NCBI GenBank assembly: GCA_964016885.1
Contig: OZ024756.1
Location: 15,810,001-15,874,000 of the forward strand
Source of the DNA: Eledone cirrhosa
Taxonomy: Eukaryota
Reading direction: 5' to 3'
DNA: 64,000 nt
Shown here piece by piece: positions 13,688 to 29,930 of the stretch. Made by a program: the position numbers and the translations under genes. The notes beneath the pieces are model-generated. The model saw only the letters and a program-made list of their open reading frames with translations, was not told the DNA's origin and made no database searches. Position 1 is the stretch's first letter. Every line of letters begins with the position of its first letter.

Positions 13688-13887
13688 NNNNNNNNNNNNN
13701 NNNNNNNNNNNNNNNNNNNNNNNNNNNNNNNNNNNNNNNNNNNNNNNNNNNNNNNNNNNNNNNNNNNNNNNNNNNNNNNNNNNNNNNNNNNNNNNNNNNN
13801 NNNNNNNNNNNNNNNNNNNNNNNNNNNNNNNNNNNNNNNNNNNNNNNNNNNNNNNNNNNNNNNNNNNNNNNNNNNNNNNNNNNNNNN
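13688..13887. other. Assembly gap (200 N)
   Basis: Run of N. Confidence 1.
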
Positions 13888-13919
13888 ATATATATATTAT
13901 ATATATATATGTATATATG

Positions 13920-13962
<43 letters not shown>

Positions 13963-14085
13963 ATATATATATATATATATGTATGTATATATATATATAT
14001 ATGTATGTATGTATATATATATATATATATATGTATGTATATATATATATATATGTATGTATATATATATATATATATATGTATG

Positions 14086-14116
<31 letters not shown>

Positions 14117-14364
14117 ATATATATATATATATGTATGTATATATATATATATATATGTATGTATATATATATATATATATATGTATGTATATATATATAT
14201 ATATATATGTATGTATATATATATATATATATATGTATGTATATATATGTGTGTATATGTATATGTGTATGTATATATATACATATATGTCTTCCCGATG
14301 TCTTCCAAAAGTAACGGTTGCATTTTGAAAGGGTATGTCAATATTTATTTATAAAACTGGTATA

Positions 14365-14429
14365 TATTTTGTCTGATGAAAGCATACCATAATTTAACAA
14401 GGTATCCTTGAAATATGTATAATAAAATA
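14365..14429 (+). ncRNA. Type I hammerhead ribozyme motif, family 2
   Basis: Stem I UAUUUUGU/AUAAAAUA; core CUGAUGA 14373-14379; stem II AAGCAUACC/GGUAUCCUU; GAAA 14410-14413; short near-palindromic stem III; AUA triplet with predicted cleavage after 14421. Confidence 0.7.
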
Positions 14430-14618
14430 GATATGGTTTTATAAATATAGTTTCCATTTGTTAATATCGTATATTTTCTCCAAATACTTGACGAGTGCTT
14501 TATATTAGTTATAAAAATATTTGCTTGTTGTATCCCAACAATCTAAATAGTACTTTTGCATATATATATCTATATCTATATATCTATATATCTATATATA
14601 TATATCTATATATATCTA

Positions 14619-14654
<36 letters not shown>

Positions 14655-14656
<2 letters not shown>

Positions 14657-15137
14657 CAAAGTAAAAACCTACTACAGTCAGTAGGCACCTCTATCAAAAC
14701 ACACCCCCGTCCCTCCACACCGCCCCTTTCAATGTAAAGTTATGTTGGTCCCACAACATCCAGGCCGAAACAAATGAGATCGTGTAGGTGTCACGACAAA
14801 AAACACACAGTCCACGCTGTAAATGTGGCCGTGTAGGCAACACGGTAAAAACCTCCCAGCCCCACACTGTAAATGTGGTTGGTGTTAGGAAGGGCATCCA
14901 GCTGTAGAAAACCCGCCAGACAGTCCACGCTGTAATGTGGCCGTGTAGGCAACACGGTAAAAACCTCCCAGCCCCACACTGTAAATGTGGTTGGTGTTAG
15001 GAAGGGCATCCAACTGTAGAAAACCCGCCAGACAGTCCTATGCGAGCAAGACAACCACTCTTGCCTCAAGTGGGAAAACCCCCGTCCAAACCCATGCAAG
15101 CGTGGAACACGGACGCTAAACCTGATGATGATGATGA
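14655..15137 (+). mobile_element. RTE 3' UTR-only insertion with an internal ~110-bp duplication (identical copy at 22382-22864)
   Basis: Matches 19290-19648; (GAT)n tail. Confidence 0.8.
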
Positions 15138-15230
15138 TATATATATATCTATATATTAGGGCAAACATTGATGCAATTCAATTCAAGCACTCAACGTACT
15201 TTTTCCACATAGGAGTGACGGAGTAAATAT

Positions 15231-15413
15231 CGGATAAGGAAAAGCGAAGTAGGTTCAGATGTTCGAAGTAGGTTCACACTGTTCTGTGTGCGAGTGTCGT
15301 GTGACGACACTCGCACACAGAACAGTGTGGCCAGTGTTGTCATTGAAATATATATCACAGCATTATTATTAAAGGACTTGAACATCTGAACCTACTTCGC
15401 TTTTCCTTATTCG
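15231..15413. mobile_element. Penelope-like remnant with nested inverted repeats and the 3' half of a hammerhead (copy at 22958-23140)
   Basis: Outer inverted repeat 15231-15264 / 15380-15413; perfect 26-bp hairpin 15275-15329; GACGACACT/AGTGTTGTC stem followed by GAAA-TATATA-TC. Confidence 0.55.
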
Positions 15414-16098
15414 TTATATATATCTATATATCTATATATCTATATATATATATCTATATATATATATATATATCTATATATATATATCTATATATATATA
15501 TATATATATCTATATATATCTATATATATCTATATCTATCTATATATATCTATATCTATATCTATATATATCTATATCTATATATATGTATATATCTATA
15601 TCTATATGTATATATCTATATCTATATGTATATATCTATATCTATATGTATATATCTATATCTATATGTATATATCTATATCTATATCTATATATCTATA
15701 TCTATATGTATATATATATATATCTATATGTATATATCTATATCTATATGTATATATATATATATCTATATGTATATATGTATATAGCTATATGTATATG
15801 TATATATGTATATGTATATGTATATATCTATATGTATATGTCTATATGTATATATCTATATATCTATATATCTATATGTATATCTATATATCTATATATC
15901 TATATGTATATCTATATATCTATATATCTATATGTATATGTATATATCTATATATCTATATGTATATGTATATATCTATATATCTATATGTATATATCTA
16001 TATGTATATATCTATATGTCTATATCTATATCTCTATATCTATATGTCTATATATATATATCTATATCTATATGTCTATATATATATATATATATATC

Positions 16099-16129
<31 letters not shown>

Positions 16130-16256
16130 CTATATCTATATATATATATATCTATATCTATATATATAAGATGTATGGTAGGTCGTATGTGAATCGCGAT
16201 GATCACGTCTGACTTACCAAATATGTGATGGTAGCGAGTTAAGCTCTATGCGTATA

Positions 16257-16293
<37 letters not shown>

Positions 16294-16460
16294 ATATATC
16301 TATATCTATATATATATATCTATATCTATATATATATATATCTATATATATATATCTATATATATATATCTATATATGTATATATATATCTATATATATA
16401 TATCTATATATATATATATCTATATCTATATATATATATCTATATATATATATCTATATG

Positions 16461-16883
16461 TAGGAGGTGAGTTTTATTGTAGTACAATAAAGCAATGCAG
16501 ATATCGGATAAGAAGCACTCTACAGTTTGTGGGACTGGAGTATGCATAATATAAGATCAAAAGATGGTTAAAGGAGTTCAATGTATTTTATTATGCGCAT
16601 TTCAAAAACAAGCATCATCAAACAATAATATTTGTGTTTTCATCAGATAAAACAGGAGAACATGATATGAAGGCTAAAAAAACACTTGTTGATAGTGCAG
16701 TTTTAAATCAACATATGTTGATTTAAAACTGCACTATCAACAAGTGTTTTTTTAGCCTTCATATCATGTTCTCCTGTTTTATCTGATGAAAACACAAATA
16801 TTATTGTTTGATGATGCTTGTTTTTGAAATGCGCATAATAAAATACATTGAACTCCTTTAACCATCTTTTGATCTTATATTAT
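16461..16883. mobile_element. Palindromic non-coding element (169-bp arms, centre 16714/16715) with a hammerhead on each strand, family 1
   Basis: Perfect palindrome 16546-16883 plus a unique 85-bp tail with AATAAA on the minus strand; (TA)n flanks. Confidence 0.85.
16775..16845 (+). ncRNA. Type I hammerhead ribozyme motif, family 1 (mirror copy on the minus strand at 16584-16654)
   Basis: Stem I UGUUUUAU/AUAAAAUA; CUGAUGA 16783-16789; hairpin stem II; GAAA 16826-16829; palindromic stem III AUGCGCAU; AUA triplet. Confidence 0.7.
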
Positions 16884-16888
16884 ATATA

Positions 16889-16937
<49 letters not shown>

Positions 16938-17216
16938 ATATATATATATATGGATATATATATCTATGTATATATATATATCTATGTATATATATATATC
17001 TATATATATATCTATATATGTATATATATATCTATATATGTATATATATATCTATATATGTATATATATATCTATATATATATCTATATATGTATATATA
17101 TATCTATATATATATCTATATATGTATATATATATCTATATATATATATCTATATATGTATATATATATCTATATATATATATCTATATATGTATATATA
17201 TATCTATATATATATG

Positions 17217-17343
<127 letters not shown>

Positions 17344-17418
17344 GTATATATATATATATGTATATATATATATGTATATATATATATATGTATATATATA
17401 TATGTATATATATATATG

Positions 17419-17523
<105 letters not shown>

Positions 17524-17742
17524 GTATATATATATGTATATATATGTATATATGTATATATATATATATGTATATATATGTATATATATATGTATATATA
17601 TATGTATATATATATGTATATATATATGTATATATATATGTATATATATATGTATATATATATGTATATATATATGTATATATATATGTATATATATATA
17701 TGTGTATATGTATATATATATGTATATATATATGTGTATATG

Positions 17743-17774
<32 letters not shown>

Positions 17775-17788
17775 TGTATGTATATGTA

Positions 17789-19648
17789 TGGCATAGCAGC
17801 ATCATCGTTAACTGTTATAAGGGTAAAGGAGACGCCCTAGATAGGAGTAACTATAGAGGCATTAAATTAATCGACCAGGTCATGAAGGTCACAGAAAAAG
17901 TAATAGCGCAACTAATCAGAGAGAGAATTGACCTAGATGAAATGCAGTTCGGGTTTGTGTCAGGCAAAAGTACCACAGACGCTCTTTTCATAGTACGACA
18001 ACTACAGGAGAAGTACCTAGCTAAAGGTAAACCCCTCTACTTAGCTTTTGTCGACTTGGAGAAAGCCTTCGACAGAGTCCCCCGCTCCATTATCTGGTGG
18101 GCTCTTAGAAAACTAGGCGTTGACGAATGGCTTGTGAGGGCTATACAAGCCATGTATAAAGAAACAGTCAGCAAGGTTAGAATTAACAACGAATATAGTG
18201 AAGAGTTTAGCGTAAAAGTTGGCGTCCATCAGGGCTCTGTTCTCAGCCCCCTACTATTTATTATTGCCCTTCAGGCTATAACAGAGGAGTTCAAGACAGG
18301 CTGCCCATGGGAACTCCTATACGCAGACGACCTGACACTCATAGCGGAATCAATGGCCGAGCTAGAGAAGAAATTCCAAACATGGAAGCACGGCCTAGAG
18401 TCAAAAGGACTTAAAATTAACCTGGCTAAGACCAAAGTTCTAGTTTGTAGGAAAGAAAACAAGGCGGCGGTCCCTTCTGGGAAATGGTCGTGCTCGGTGT
18501 GTAGGAAAGGCGTAGGTAGAAACTCCATTTTGTGTCCTAAATGCAAAGTATGGGTGCATAAAAGATGTAGTGGGATCACAGGTAAGCTAACTAAGAACAT
18601 AGATTTTACATGTGGCCGGTGTTCTGGTGCAATAAGTAGCAGCAAGTGCCCACACAATACTAGCTCTTTCAATTGCGCAGAGGGTTCTATAGAAATAGTG
18701 GACAGCTTCCGTTACCTGGGCGATAAAATCAGCAGTGGGGGAGGGTGCTCTGAAAGTACTGTAGCTAGAGTCAGAACTGGTTGGAAAAAGTTCAGAGAGC
18801 TTATACCACTATTAGCTGCTAAAGGGTTCTCCCTAAAAATGAAAGGCAGGTTGTACGATGCCTGCATACGAACAGCAATGTTGCATGGCAGTGAGACCTG
18901 GGCATTGTGTGCAGAGGATATACGCAGACTAGAGAGGAACGAAGCTTGCATGCTCCGCTGGATGTGTAACAGTAATATACGTGAACGGCAAAGCATAAAC
19001 GAACTAAGGAAAAAATTAGAGATAAGAGGGATCAGATGTTGTTTACTCGAGAGAAGGCTACGTTGGTATGGACACGTGATGCGCATGAAAGTCGATAGCT
19101 GTATAACAAAGTGCAGGGCAATAAAGATAGACGGTAGCCACGGAATAGGCAGACCTAGAAAAACCTGGGACGAGCTGATAAACTCCGACCTCACACACTT
19201 ACACCTCTCCAAGACAATGTCACTGGACCGAGACCTTTGGCGGTACTCAGTAACAGAGAAGACCCGCCTTGCCAGTAGGCATCTCTAACAAAATACACCC
19301 CGTCCCACCACCACCACCCCCACCCCATCCACACCACCCCGTCCTATGTAAAGTTATGTTGGTGCCGCGCCATCCGGGCCGAAACAAATGAGATCGTGTA
19401 GGTGTCACGACAAAAAAACACACAGTCCACGCTGTAATGTGGCCGTGTAGGCAACACGGTAAAAACCTCCCAGACCCACACTGTAAATGTGGTTGGTGTT
19501 AGGAAGGGCATCCAACTGTAGAAAACCTGCCAGACAGTCCTATGCGAGCAAGACAATCACTCTTGCCTCAAGTGGGACTACCCCCGTCCAAACCCATGCA
19601 AGAGCGTGGAACATGGACGTTAAACGTTGATGATGATGATGATGATGA
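17789..19648 (+). mobile_element. Young 5'-truncated RTE-clade LINE: RT ORF to 19288 with an embedded PHD finger, 3' UTR and (GAT)n tail
   Basis: About 500 uninterrupted codons with [46 protein letters not shown] and GRPRKTW; C4HC3 motif at 18491-18622. Confidence 0.95.
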
Positions 19649-22016
<2,368 letters not shown>

Positions 22017-22091
22017 TCTTCCCGATGTCTTCCAAAAGTAACGGTTGCATTTTGAAAGGGTATGTCAATATTTATTTATAAAACTGGTATA

Positions 22092-22156
22092 TATTTTGTC
22101 TGATGAAAGCATACCATAATTTAACAAGGTATCCTTGAAATATGTATAATAAAATA
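22092..22156 (+). ncRNA. Hammerhead motif family 2 (duplicated copy)
   Basis: Identical to 14365-14429. Confidence 0.7.
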
Positions 22157-22345
22157 GATATGGTTTTATAAATATAGTTTCCATTTGTTAATATCGTATA
22201 TTTTCTCCAAATACTTGACGAGTGCTTTATATTAGTTATAAAAATATTTGCTTGTTGTATCCCAACAATCTAAATAGTACTTTTGCATATATATATCTAT
22301 ATCTATATATCTATATATCTATATATATATATCTATATATATCTA

Positions 22346-22383
<38 letters not shown>

Positions 22384-23975
22384 CAAAGTAAAAACCTACT
22401 ACAGTCAGTAGGCACCTCTATCAAAACACACCCCCGTCCCTCCACACCGCCCCTTTCAATGTAAAGTTATGTTGGTCCCACAACATCCAGGCCGAAACAA
22501 ATGAGATCGTGTAGGTGTCACGACAAAAAACACACAGTCCACGCTGTAAATGTGGCCGTGTAGGCAACACGGTAAAAACCTCCCAGCCCCACACTGTAAA
22601 TGTGGTTGGTGTTAGGAAGGGCATCCAGCTGTAGAAAACCCGCCAGACAGTCCACGCTGTAATGTGGCCGTGTAGGCAACACGGTAAAAACCTCCCAGCC
22701 CCACACTGTAAATGTGGTTGGTGTTAGGAAGGGCATCCAACTGTAGAAAACCCGCCAGACAGTCCTATGCGAGCAAGACAACCACTCTTGCCTCAAGTGG
22801 GAAAACCCCCGTCCAAACCCATGCAAGCGTGGAACACGGACGCTAAACCTGATGATGATGATGATATATATATATCTATATATTAGGGCAAACATTGATG
22901 CAATTCAATTCAAGCACTCAACGTACTTTTTCCACATAGGAGTGACGGAGTAAATATCGGATAAGGAAAAGCGAAGTAGGTTCAGATGTTCGAAGTAGGT
23001 TCACACTGTTCTGTGTGCGAGTGTCGTGTGACGACACTCGCACACAGAACAGTGTGGCCAGTGTTGTCATTGAAATATATATCACAGCATTATTATTAAA
23101 GGACTTGAACATCTGAACCTACTTCGCTTTTCCTTATTCGTTATATATATCTATATATCTATATATCTATATATATATATCTATATATATATATATATAT
23201 CTATATATATATATCTATATATATATATATATATATCTATATATATCTATATATATCTATATCTATCTATATATATCTATATCTATATCTATATATATCT
23301 ATATCTATATATATGTATATATCTATATCTATATGTATATATCTATATCTATATGTATATATCTATATCTATATATCTATATCTATATGTATATATCTAT
23401 ATCTATATCTATATATCTATATCTATATGTATATATATATATATCTATATGTATATATCTATATCTATATGTATATATATATATATCTATATGTATATAT
23501 GTATATAGCTATATGTATATGTATATATCTATATGTATATGTATATATCTATATGTATATGTCTATATGTATATATCTATATATCTATATATCTATATGT
23601 ATATCTATATATCTATATATCTATATGTATATCTATATATCTATATATCTATATGTATATGTATATATCTATATATCTATATGTATATGTATATATCTAT
23701 ATATCTATATGTATATATCTATATGTATATATCTATATGTCTATATCTATATCTCTATATCTATATGTCTATATATATATATCTATATCTATATGTCTAT
23801 ATATATATATATATATATCTATATGTATATATATATATATATATATATCTATATCTATATATATATATATATATATCTATATATATAAGATGTATGGTAG
23901 GTCGTATGTGAATCGCGATGATCACGTCTGACTTACCAAATATGTGATGGTAGCGAGTTAAGCTCTATGCGTATA

Positions 23976-24008
<33 letters not shown>

Positions 24009-24167
24009 ATATCTATATATATATATCTATATCTATATATATATATATCTATATATATATATCTATATATATATATCTATATATGTATATATATATCTAT
24101 ATATATATATCTATATATATATATATCTATATCTATATATATATATCTATATATATATATCTATATG

Positions 24168-24590
24168 TAGGAGGTGAGTTTTATTGTAGTACAATAAAGC
24201 AATGCAGATATCGGATAAGAAGCACTCTACAGTTTGTGGGACTGGAGTATGCATAATATAAGATCAAAAGATGGTTAAAGGAGTTCAATGTATTTTATTA
24301 TGCGCATTTCAAAAACAAGCATCATCAAACAATAATATTTGTGTTTTCATCAGATAAAACAGGAGAACATGATATGAAGGCTAAAAAAACACTTGTTGAT
24401 AGTGCAGTTTTAAATCAACATATGTTGATTTAAAACTGCACTATCAACAAGTGTTTTTTTAGCCTTCATATCATGTTCTCCTGTTTTATCTGATGAAAAC
24501 ACAAATATTATTGTTTGATGATGCTTGTTTTTGAAATGCGCATAATAAAATACATTGAACTCCTTTAACCATCTTTTGATCTTATATTAT
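24168..24590. mobile_element. Palindromic hammerhead element family 1 (duplicated copy; ribozymes at + 24482-24552 and - 24291-24361)
   Basis: Identical to 16461-16883; centre 24421/24422. Confidence 0.85.
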
Positions 24591-24595
24591 ATATA

Positions 24596-24642
<47 letters not shown>

Positions 24643-24893
24643 ATATATATATATATGGATATATATATCTATGTATATATATATATCTATGTATATATAT
24701 ATATCTATGTATATATCTATATATGTATATATATATCTATATATGTATATATATATCTATATATGTATATATATATCTATATATGTATATATCTATATAT
24801 ATATCTATATATGTATATATATATCTATATATATATATCTATATATGTATATATATATCTATATATATATATCTATATATGTATATATATATC

Positions 24894-24930
<37 letters not shown>

Positions 24931-25018
24931 CTATATATATATATATATATATGGATATATATATCTATATATATATATATATATATGGATATATATATCT
25001 ATATATATGTATATATAT

Positions 25019-26072
25019 ACTCTTTTACTCTTTTACTTGTTTCAGCCATCCGGCTGAGGCCATGCTGGGGCACCGCCCTTGTTGCTACACATTTTATCTC
25101 CAGCCTGTATAGGTTGGCCACTGGTGTAGGATTGAGTTTGTTGCTGCTGCCCTTAGGTTTCCCTCGTGTCTTGCTGTGGGCTCATCCGGGATCCTGGATA
25201 ACAAGGTGTCGAGATGTTTCTTAAAGACATCCACCTCCACGTCATGCAAGTCTCTCAGATGCCTCGGCAGCCTGTTGAATCCCAGGCTATTGCAATACCT
25301 GCTCCTTATTCTAGATGTAGAAGACGGGACCTTTGGCACCACACAGTGACGTCCTGTTCGACGGTTGGTCCAGCTCCCAATGCCAAAGTTTGGTGCTAGT
25401 CCCTCCAGGATTTTCCACATGTAGATCACTGCGTATCTCTCCCGTCTTCGCTCCAAGGAGTAGAGGTTCAGTTCCTTTAGCCTCTCCCAGTAGCTTGTCT
25501 CCCTCATCTTGGCAATCCTCTTGGTGTAGCTTCGCTGGATTGCCTCAAGCTCCGTGGTTAGTTTGACACTATGGGGTGACCACAGCTGGGAGCAGTAGTC
25601 CAGGCGGCTTAGGACAAAAGTCCTCCACAGTGTCAACATGGTGTCTCGATCTCTTGTAAGGAAAGTCCTCAAGATCCAGCCAGCGAATCGTCTACATGTT
25701 GTCGCCACCTTCATGATGCGTGAAGAAAAAGATGCATCATCGCTCATGTCTATGCCCAGGTCTCGTATCGATTTTGACACGGGGATATTGGTCCCTCCTG
25801 GTCCTGTGTAGCTGTGTTCCACTATATTTGTGTTTGCAGGTTTGTATTGTAGGGCTTGGAATTTGCCAGCATTAAACTGCATGTTGTTTTCTTCCGCCCA
25901 TCTGTATATGGCATCCAGATCCTGCTGTAAAAGGGCAGCGTCAGCCGGGTTTTTGATTGCCTGTGCTACCTTAGTGTCATCAGCATAGCTAGTGAGGGAT
26001 GTTGTTGCATGCACCACAGAGGGCATGTCCGAGAGAGCCACCAAAAACAGTAGTGGTCTCAGGACTGTCCCC
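25019..26072 (-). mobile_element. 5'-truncated CR1-clade LINE
   Basis: [61 protein letters not shown]; 8-bp repeat tail (GTAAAAGA)n. Confidence 0.9.
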
Positions 26073-26214
26073 TATCTATATATATATATCTATCTATATA
26101 TATATCTATCTATATATATATATATCTATCTATATATATATATATATATCTATCTATATATATATATATATATCTATCTATATATATCTATCTATATATA
26201 TATCTATCTATCTA

Positions 26215-26271
<57 letters not shown>

Positions 26272-26630
26272 ATATATCTATATATATCTATATCTATATA
26301 TCTATATATATCATCAATTCATTTCATTTTACGTCCACTTTTCCCTGCTTGCAAGGGTGGGACGGGAACTGATTCTGGCTTGATTTCTACAGCTGGATGC
26401 CCTTCCTAACACCAACCTCATTTACAGTGAGTGCTGGGTGCAGAATTAGCCGTCGAAATGGCTTGAGCTCAGCCGTCGGGGTCTTACTTGTTCCTATATA
26501 TCTATATCTATATATATCTATATATATATATATATATATATCTATATATATATATATATATATCTATGCAAGTTAGTCTGCCCACTACTAATTTTCATGG
26601 AAAAGGCATATAACGATATGTGCTTTTACG

Positions 26631-26726
26631 ATTCTCTAGAAAGGCCGGAAGATAGGTAAATATTGCTGAGGAGATGTAACAACATCGAAACTAGTCCAAT
26701 GTTCCTTGTCTGGCTTTCTGGAGAAT
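26631..26726 (+). ncRNA. Canonical minimal type I hammerhead ribozyme with an extended stem I, family 3
   Basis: Stem I AAUAUUG/CAAUGUU; CUGAGGA 26666-26672; stem II GAUGU-AACA-ACAUC; GAAA 26687-26690; palindromic ACUAGU; GUC with predicted cleavage after 26696; ~18 further bp of distal pairing. Confidence 0.85.
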
Positions 26727-28191
26727 AGAGGAAAGGTGTTTCCTCGAAAACCAGTATGACTCTAAAACCGGTTTGTCTGTGTGTTTACATACAGAATAGC
26801 TGGACACTCACAGTAAAGTGTCCAGTGAAAAACTCGGTACATCTACATATGTACACGTGTGTGTATTCATATGCATACTAGTATTTCAGTATACATATGT
26901 GGATGTACATTTTTAACTTAATTGTTTAAGCGTCAGTCATACAAAAGTGAGTTACAAACGAAACGAAATTTAATTTCGTTTCGTTATTTGTTTTTATATA
27001 TATATCTATATTTATTAAAATAACAGATTAAAGATTAAGCAAAGAATCGCTGCTTTCACCCTTAACGGGATCTTCTGAAACTAACAAAGTCAATCTGTAA
27101 ACGCAGAACTGGATATTTCAAAAAACGTTGCAACCGGAGGAAGACAGGAAGACGATACTTTGGTTCGTGGAAACGTTCGCTGGCAAAGAACGGGAAAAAA
27201 CGAATAATACGTCATTAATAGGAGCGGTGAAAAACAATTATGCGCAAAGACAGAACCACGTTTATGGTATAAAAGAGGTCGTAGACTAATGTTCTCTTAG
27301 GTGGTGCATAGAGACGTTCTCTGGCAATGAAAGAAAAAACGAAGATAATACGTCATATGTGGAGCGTGGAGAACAATAGCACGCAAAGACAAAACCACGT
27401 AAATGGTATAGCAGAAGTCGTAGACTAAAATTCTAACTAGGAGACCAAATGAATCTCCGCTACAGAGTTAAGAACAAAGTAAATAAATACAATACAGAAG
27501 TAATAGAAATAAATAAATACATACACGCAAACAAATATGTTTTACCCCTTTTTTTCTTGTACCTATTTAATCAGTTACATACAGATTTTAATGTACCCTA
27601 AAATATTGTAAATTCATTTATTTTATTTTATTATCATATTGTGTTTATATTCGCGTGATTTTATGTGTGGACTTGTGCGTAGATATATGTATGTGTGTGT
27701 GTAGATGTGTATATATATATATACGTGGGTGTGTGCGGGGGGGGGGGGTGCATGGGTGCGTGTGTGCATGAGCTTAAAAGCACGTGTATGTGCAGACATG
27801 TGCATGTATGTACATATGTGGCAGAATGTGTGTGGATGTGTGTATATACATATGTGTGTGTATATATGAATATATATATGTATGTATGTCTATATATGTG
27901 TGTGTATGTACGTATAGCCACGTATGAGTAGGTGTGTGTGTGGGTGAGTAAGTGTGTATATATATGTATATGTATATATATATTTATATATATGTGTGTG
28001 GGTGCGGGTGTATGCATATGTGGGCCTCTGTATGTGTATTTGTGCATACATCTATGTGTTTATGTGCATCTCACAGGAATGTGTACGGATGATTATATAT
28101 GGAGTATATATGCTTTTTATTATTACTATATTCTTTTTGTATTACTTTATCACATATCCTTTGTATATATCCGTATATGTATGTATGAATC

Positions 28192-28236
<45 letters not shown>

Positions 28237-29930
28237 GGAGAGAGAGATATAAAATATAATATACAATATGATATATATATATCTTATGTTATGGTATTTT
28301 ACCGTTATTTTATGGTATATTGTTTTTTATTGTATAATGTATTTTTAATTTACGGTTTTGTTTATATATGTATATGTGGAAGCACATGTGTGTAGGCAAA
28401 TATGCATATGTGCAGGTGTATGCATGTGGCAGCATGTGTGAGTATGCATATGTAGCTGTATATATGTCTGCATATGCGTAGGTATATGTATGTATATATG
28501 TGGCTGTGCGTATGCATGTTATGTTCTTTTTTTTTTGTGTATATATATATATATATGAATAAATTTAGTCCTTCATCAGTGATCTTCCAACCTTCATTGG
28601 TATTTCATCGCTTTAAAGACCATATACCTCCGGTTGGTGCGAGCAACGGCTAAAGAAGGTAGTTGGGACACGTAAATAAGGGGAACGAGCGAGACAGTAA
28701 ACAATCAAAGATGGTAATGCAACGAAAAGTGAGGAAGAAGGAGTCAAGTCCCTGAAATCGATGAACATAAGTTCTGTGAAATCGTGGACGAGAGAGAATA
28801 AAGACCATCAAACCTGGTCGAAATGTGAGTAAGGAAAGAATTTCACACAGGTCAATCGGGAGGATATATATATGTGTGTGTGTGTATGTACGTATATATG
28901 TAATTTTGTGTACGTATGTGTATTTTGTATGTATGTATGGGCATGTATGTATGTATGTGTATATATGTGTGTGTGTGTATATATAAATATATATAAGGTT
29001 GGGCGTATGTATGTGTGCGCGCGTATATATGTATATATGTGTATGTTTGAGTAGGCCATGCTTATCCCACTGGATACATGGCGCGAATTAAGCAGCCGTC
29101 ATAAGGCTTGTGGCGATATGTATCTACAAGTGGGTGTGACTGGGTCCGTGGGAGAGTGTGTGTGTGTGTATATATATATGTATGTATGAATGTGGGGGGG
29201 AGGTTGTCTGCGCATGTAGGCATACGTGTGTGTGTGTGTGTGTGTGTGCGTGTGCGTGTCGGCGTATATGTGTGTATGCATGAATGTGTCTGTCTGCATG
29301 TGTGTGTGTGTATGTGTGTGTATATTAGTATATGTGGGTGCTTCCTCTGAAGTGAGAACAGACGTGTGAGATACTGAACCCAACATGACTCCATTGAAAT
29401 GTGTCGGATGGAAAATGGCTGATGACCCGTGAGGCAGTAAATACTGACCAGAACTTGTGATGACGTAGAGTAAAAACAGCCAATGACAAGAGTGGAAGTA
29501 GGGTTTTTTTAGGGTGTTTTTTGATAACACCCCAGTGATAAAATTTGCTCCGAACGAAATACCCGTGTCTGAAAGAACCTGCAGAAGTAGAATCAGCCAG
29601 ATCCATACAGGGACCATGTCTCGAGCTAAGTCCAGATGCATCACTGATTTTTCGTTTTCTTTATACTATCTACACTCTACTCTGCTGAATATCGAGTGCT
29701 AATTTTGGCATACCGCCTATGGAAGCACCATAGCTACCATTATACACAACTATATATATATATACTATATATAGAGTCATAAACTCAAACAGTCTTTTAC
29801 AATTAAATAGCTCAAAGAAAGAGATATTTCTGAGCCGTGAAATACAAAATTTATCATATATTAATTTGTATATATATAACTTCAATAATAACAAGAGTGT
29901 TGCTATTATTGGGTATAAACTTAACCAGGT

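Larger units (their letters stand above)
22017..24590 (+). repeat. Near-identical duplicate of 14290-16883
   Basis: Unique segments match at offsets 7727 to 7707; visible differences are confined to the microsatellites. Confidence 0.95.
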
